A DNA stretch of 63,316 nucleotides, counting the filler, from Octopus bimaculoides (taxonomy: Eukaryota): the NCBI RefSeq assembly GCF_001194135.2. It is 3 parts of 2 records of this genome, joined end to end, with 100 filler letters (N's around TTAATTAATTAA, not from the genome) between each part and the next. Parts side by side here need not be neighbours in the genome. Positions count along the whole stretch, not along the records: positions 41,078 to 63,316 come from NC_068988.1; 2 more parts are not named here. The stretch is one strand, 5' to 3'. Both the position numbers and the translations under genes were made by a program. Below the pieces are notes generated by a model. That model was not told the origin of the DNA. It saw nothing but the letters and a program-made list of their open reading frames with translations, and did not search any database. This document shows, one piece after another, positions 63,126-63,316 of the stretch. The stretch's first letter is position 1. Each line of letters opens with the position of its first letter.

Positions 63126-63316
63126 CTGTATCAAAGGTTTCAACAAGTAGAATAACACTCGATCATCTAAGAGAGCAAAAATAATGTTATAACAAAGACC
63201 ATAAGTCATGTTAAATACAGCTACCCAGGGTTTCTTGTTTGAAACATTAATTTATTTCACCATTTTTCAAGCTGAGAACAAGACCGTTTGTCAGTTGCTC
63301 TCTCTCCCCCCCCCCC

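Overview
Eukaryotic, AT-rich, repeat-dominated draft-assembly sequence. The SINE families, microsatellite load and retroelement set look like an octopus (cephalopod) genome; this is an inference. About 5 kb is N gaps, and two gaps carry an artificial TTAATTAATTAA spacer. The only confidently recognisable host coding sequence is a 22-codon first exon of an SFT2-domain vesicle-transport gene (4281-4346, +). It sits in a CpG-rich island flanked by CpG-depleted sequence, and I could not find its remaining exons. The rest is transposable-element debris: decayed RTE LINEs, a CRE-like and a Dong/R4-like RLE retrotransposon, two mariner copies, several MITEs (Tc1/mariner-type, Merlin-like, and one with an 8-bp TSD), and many copies of at least three tRNA-derived SINE families (here called A, B, D). 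The most interesting signals are: three minimal hammerhead-ribozyme-like motifs (two share a variant core CUGUUGAA and lie in a dispersed, probably Penelope-related repeat; one has a canonical core); a fold-back (TTAGGG)n/(CCCTAA)n structure; a pile-up of elements at (TAA)n; a SINE trimer with identical junctions; and an orphan triple C2H2 zinc-finger ORF. No rRNA, true tRNA, CRISPR array or prokaryotic system is supported. Nearly all entries in the ORF track are microsatellite, gap or repeat artefacts. Repeat boundaries were set by eye and are approximate unless a TSD or TIR is quoted.
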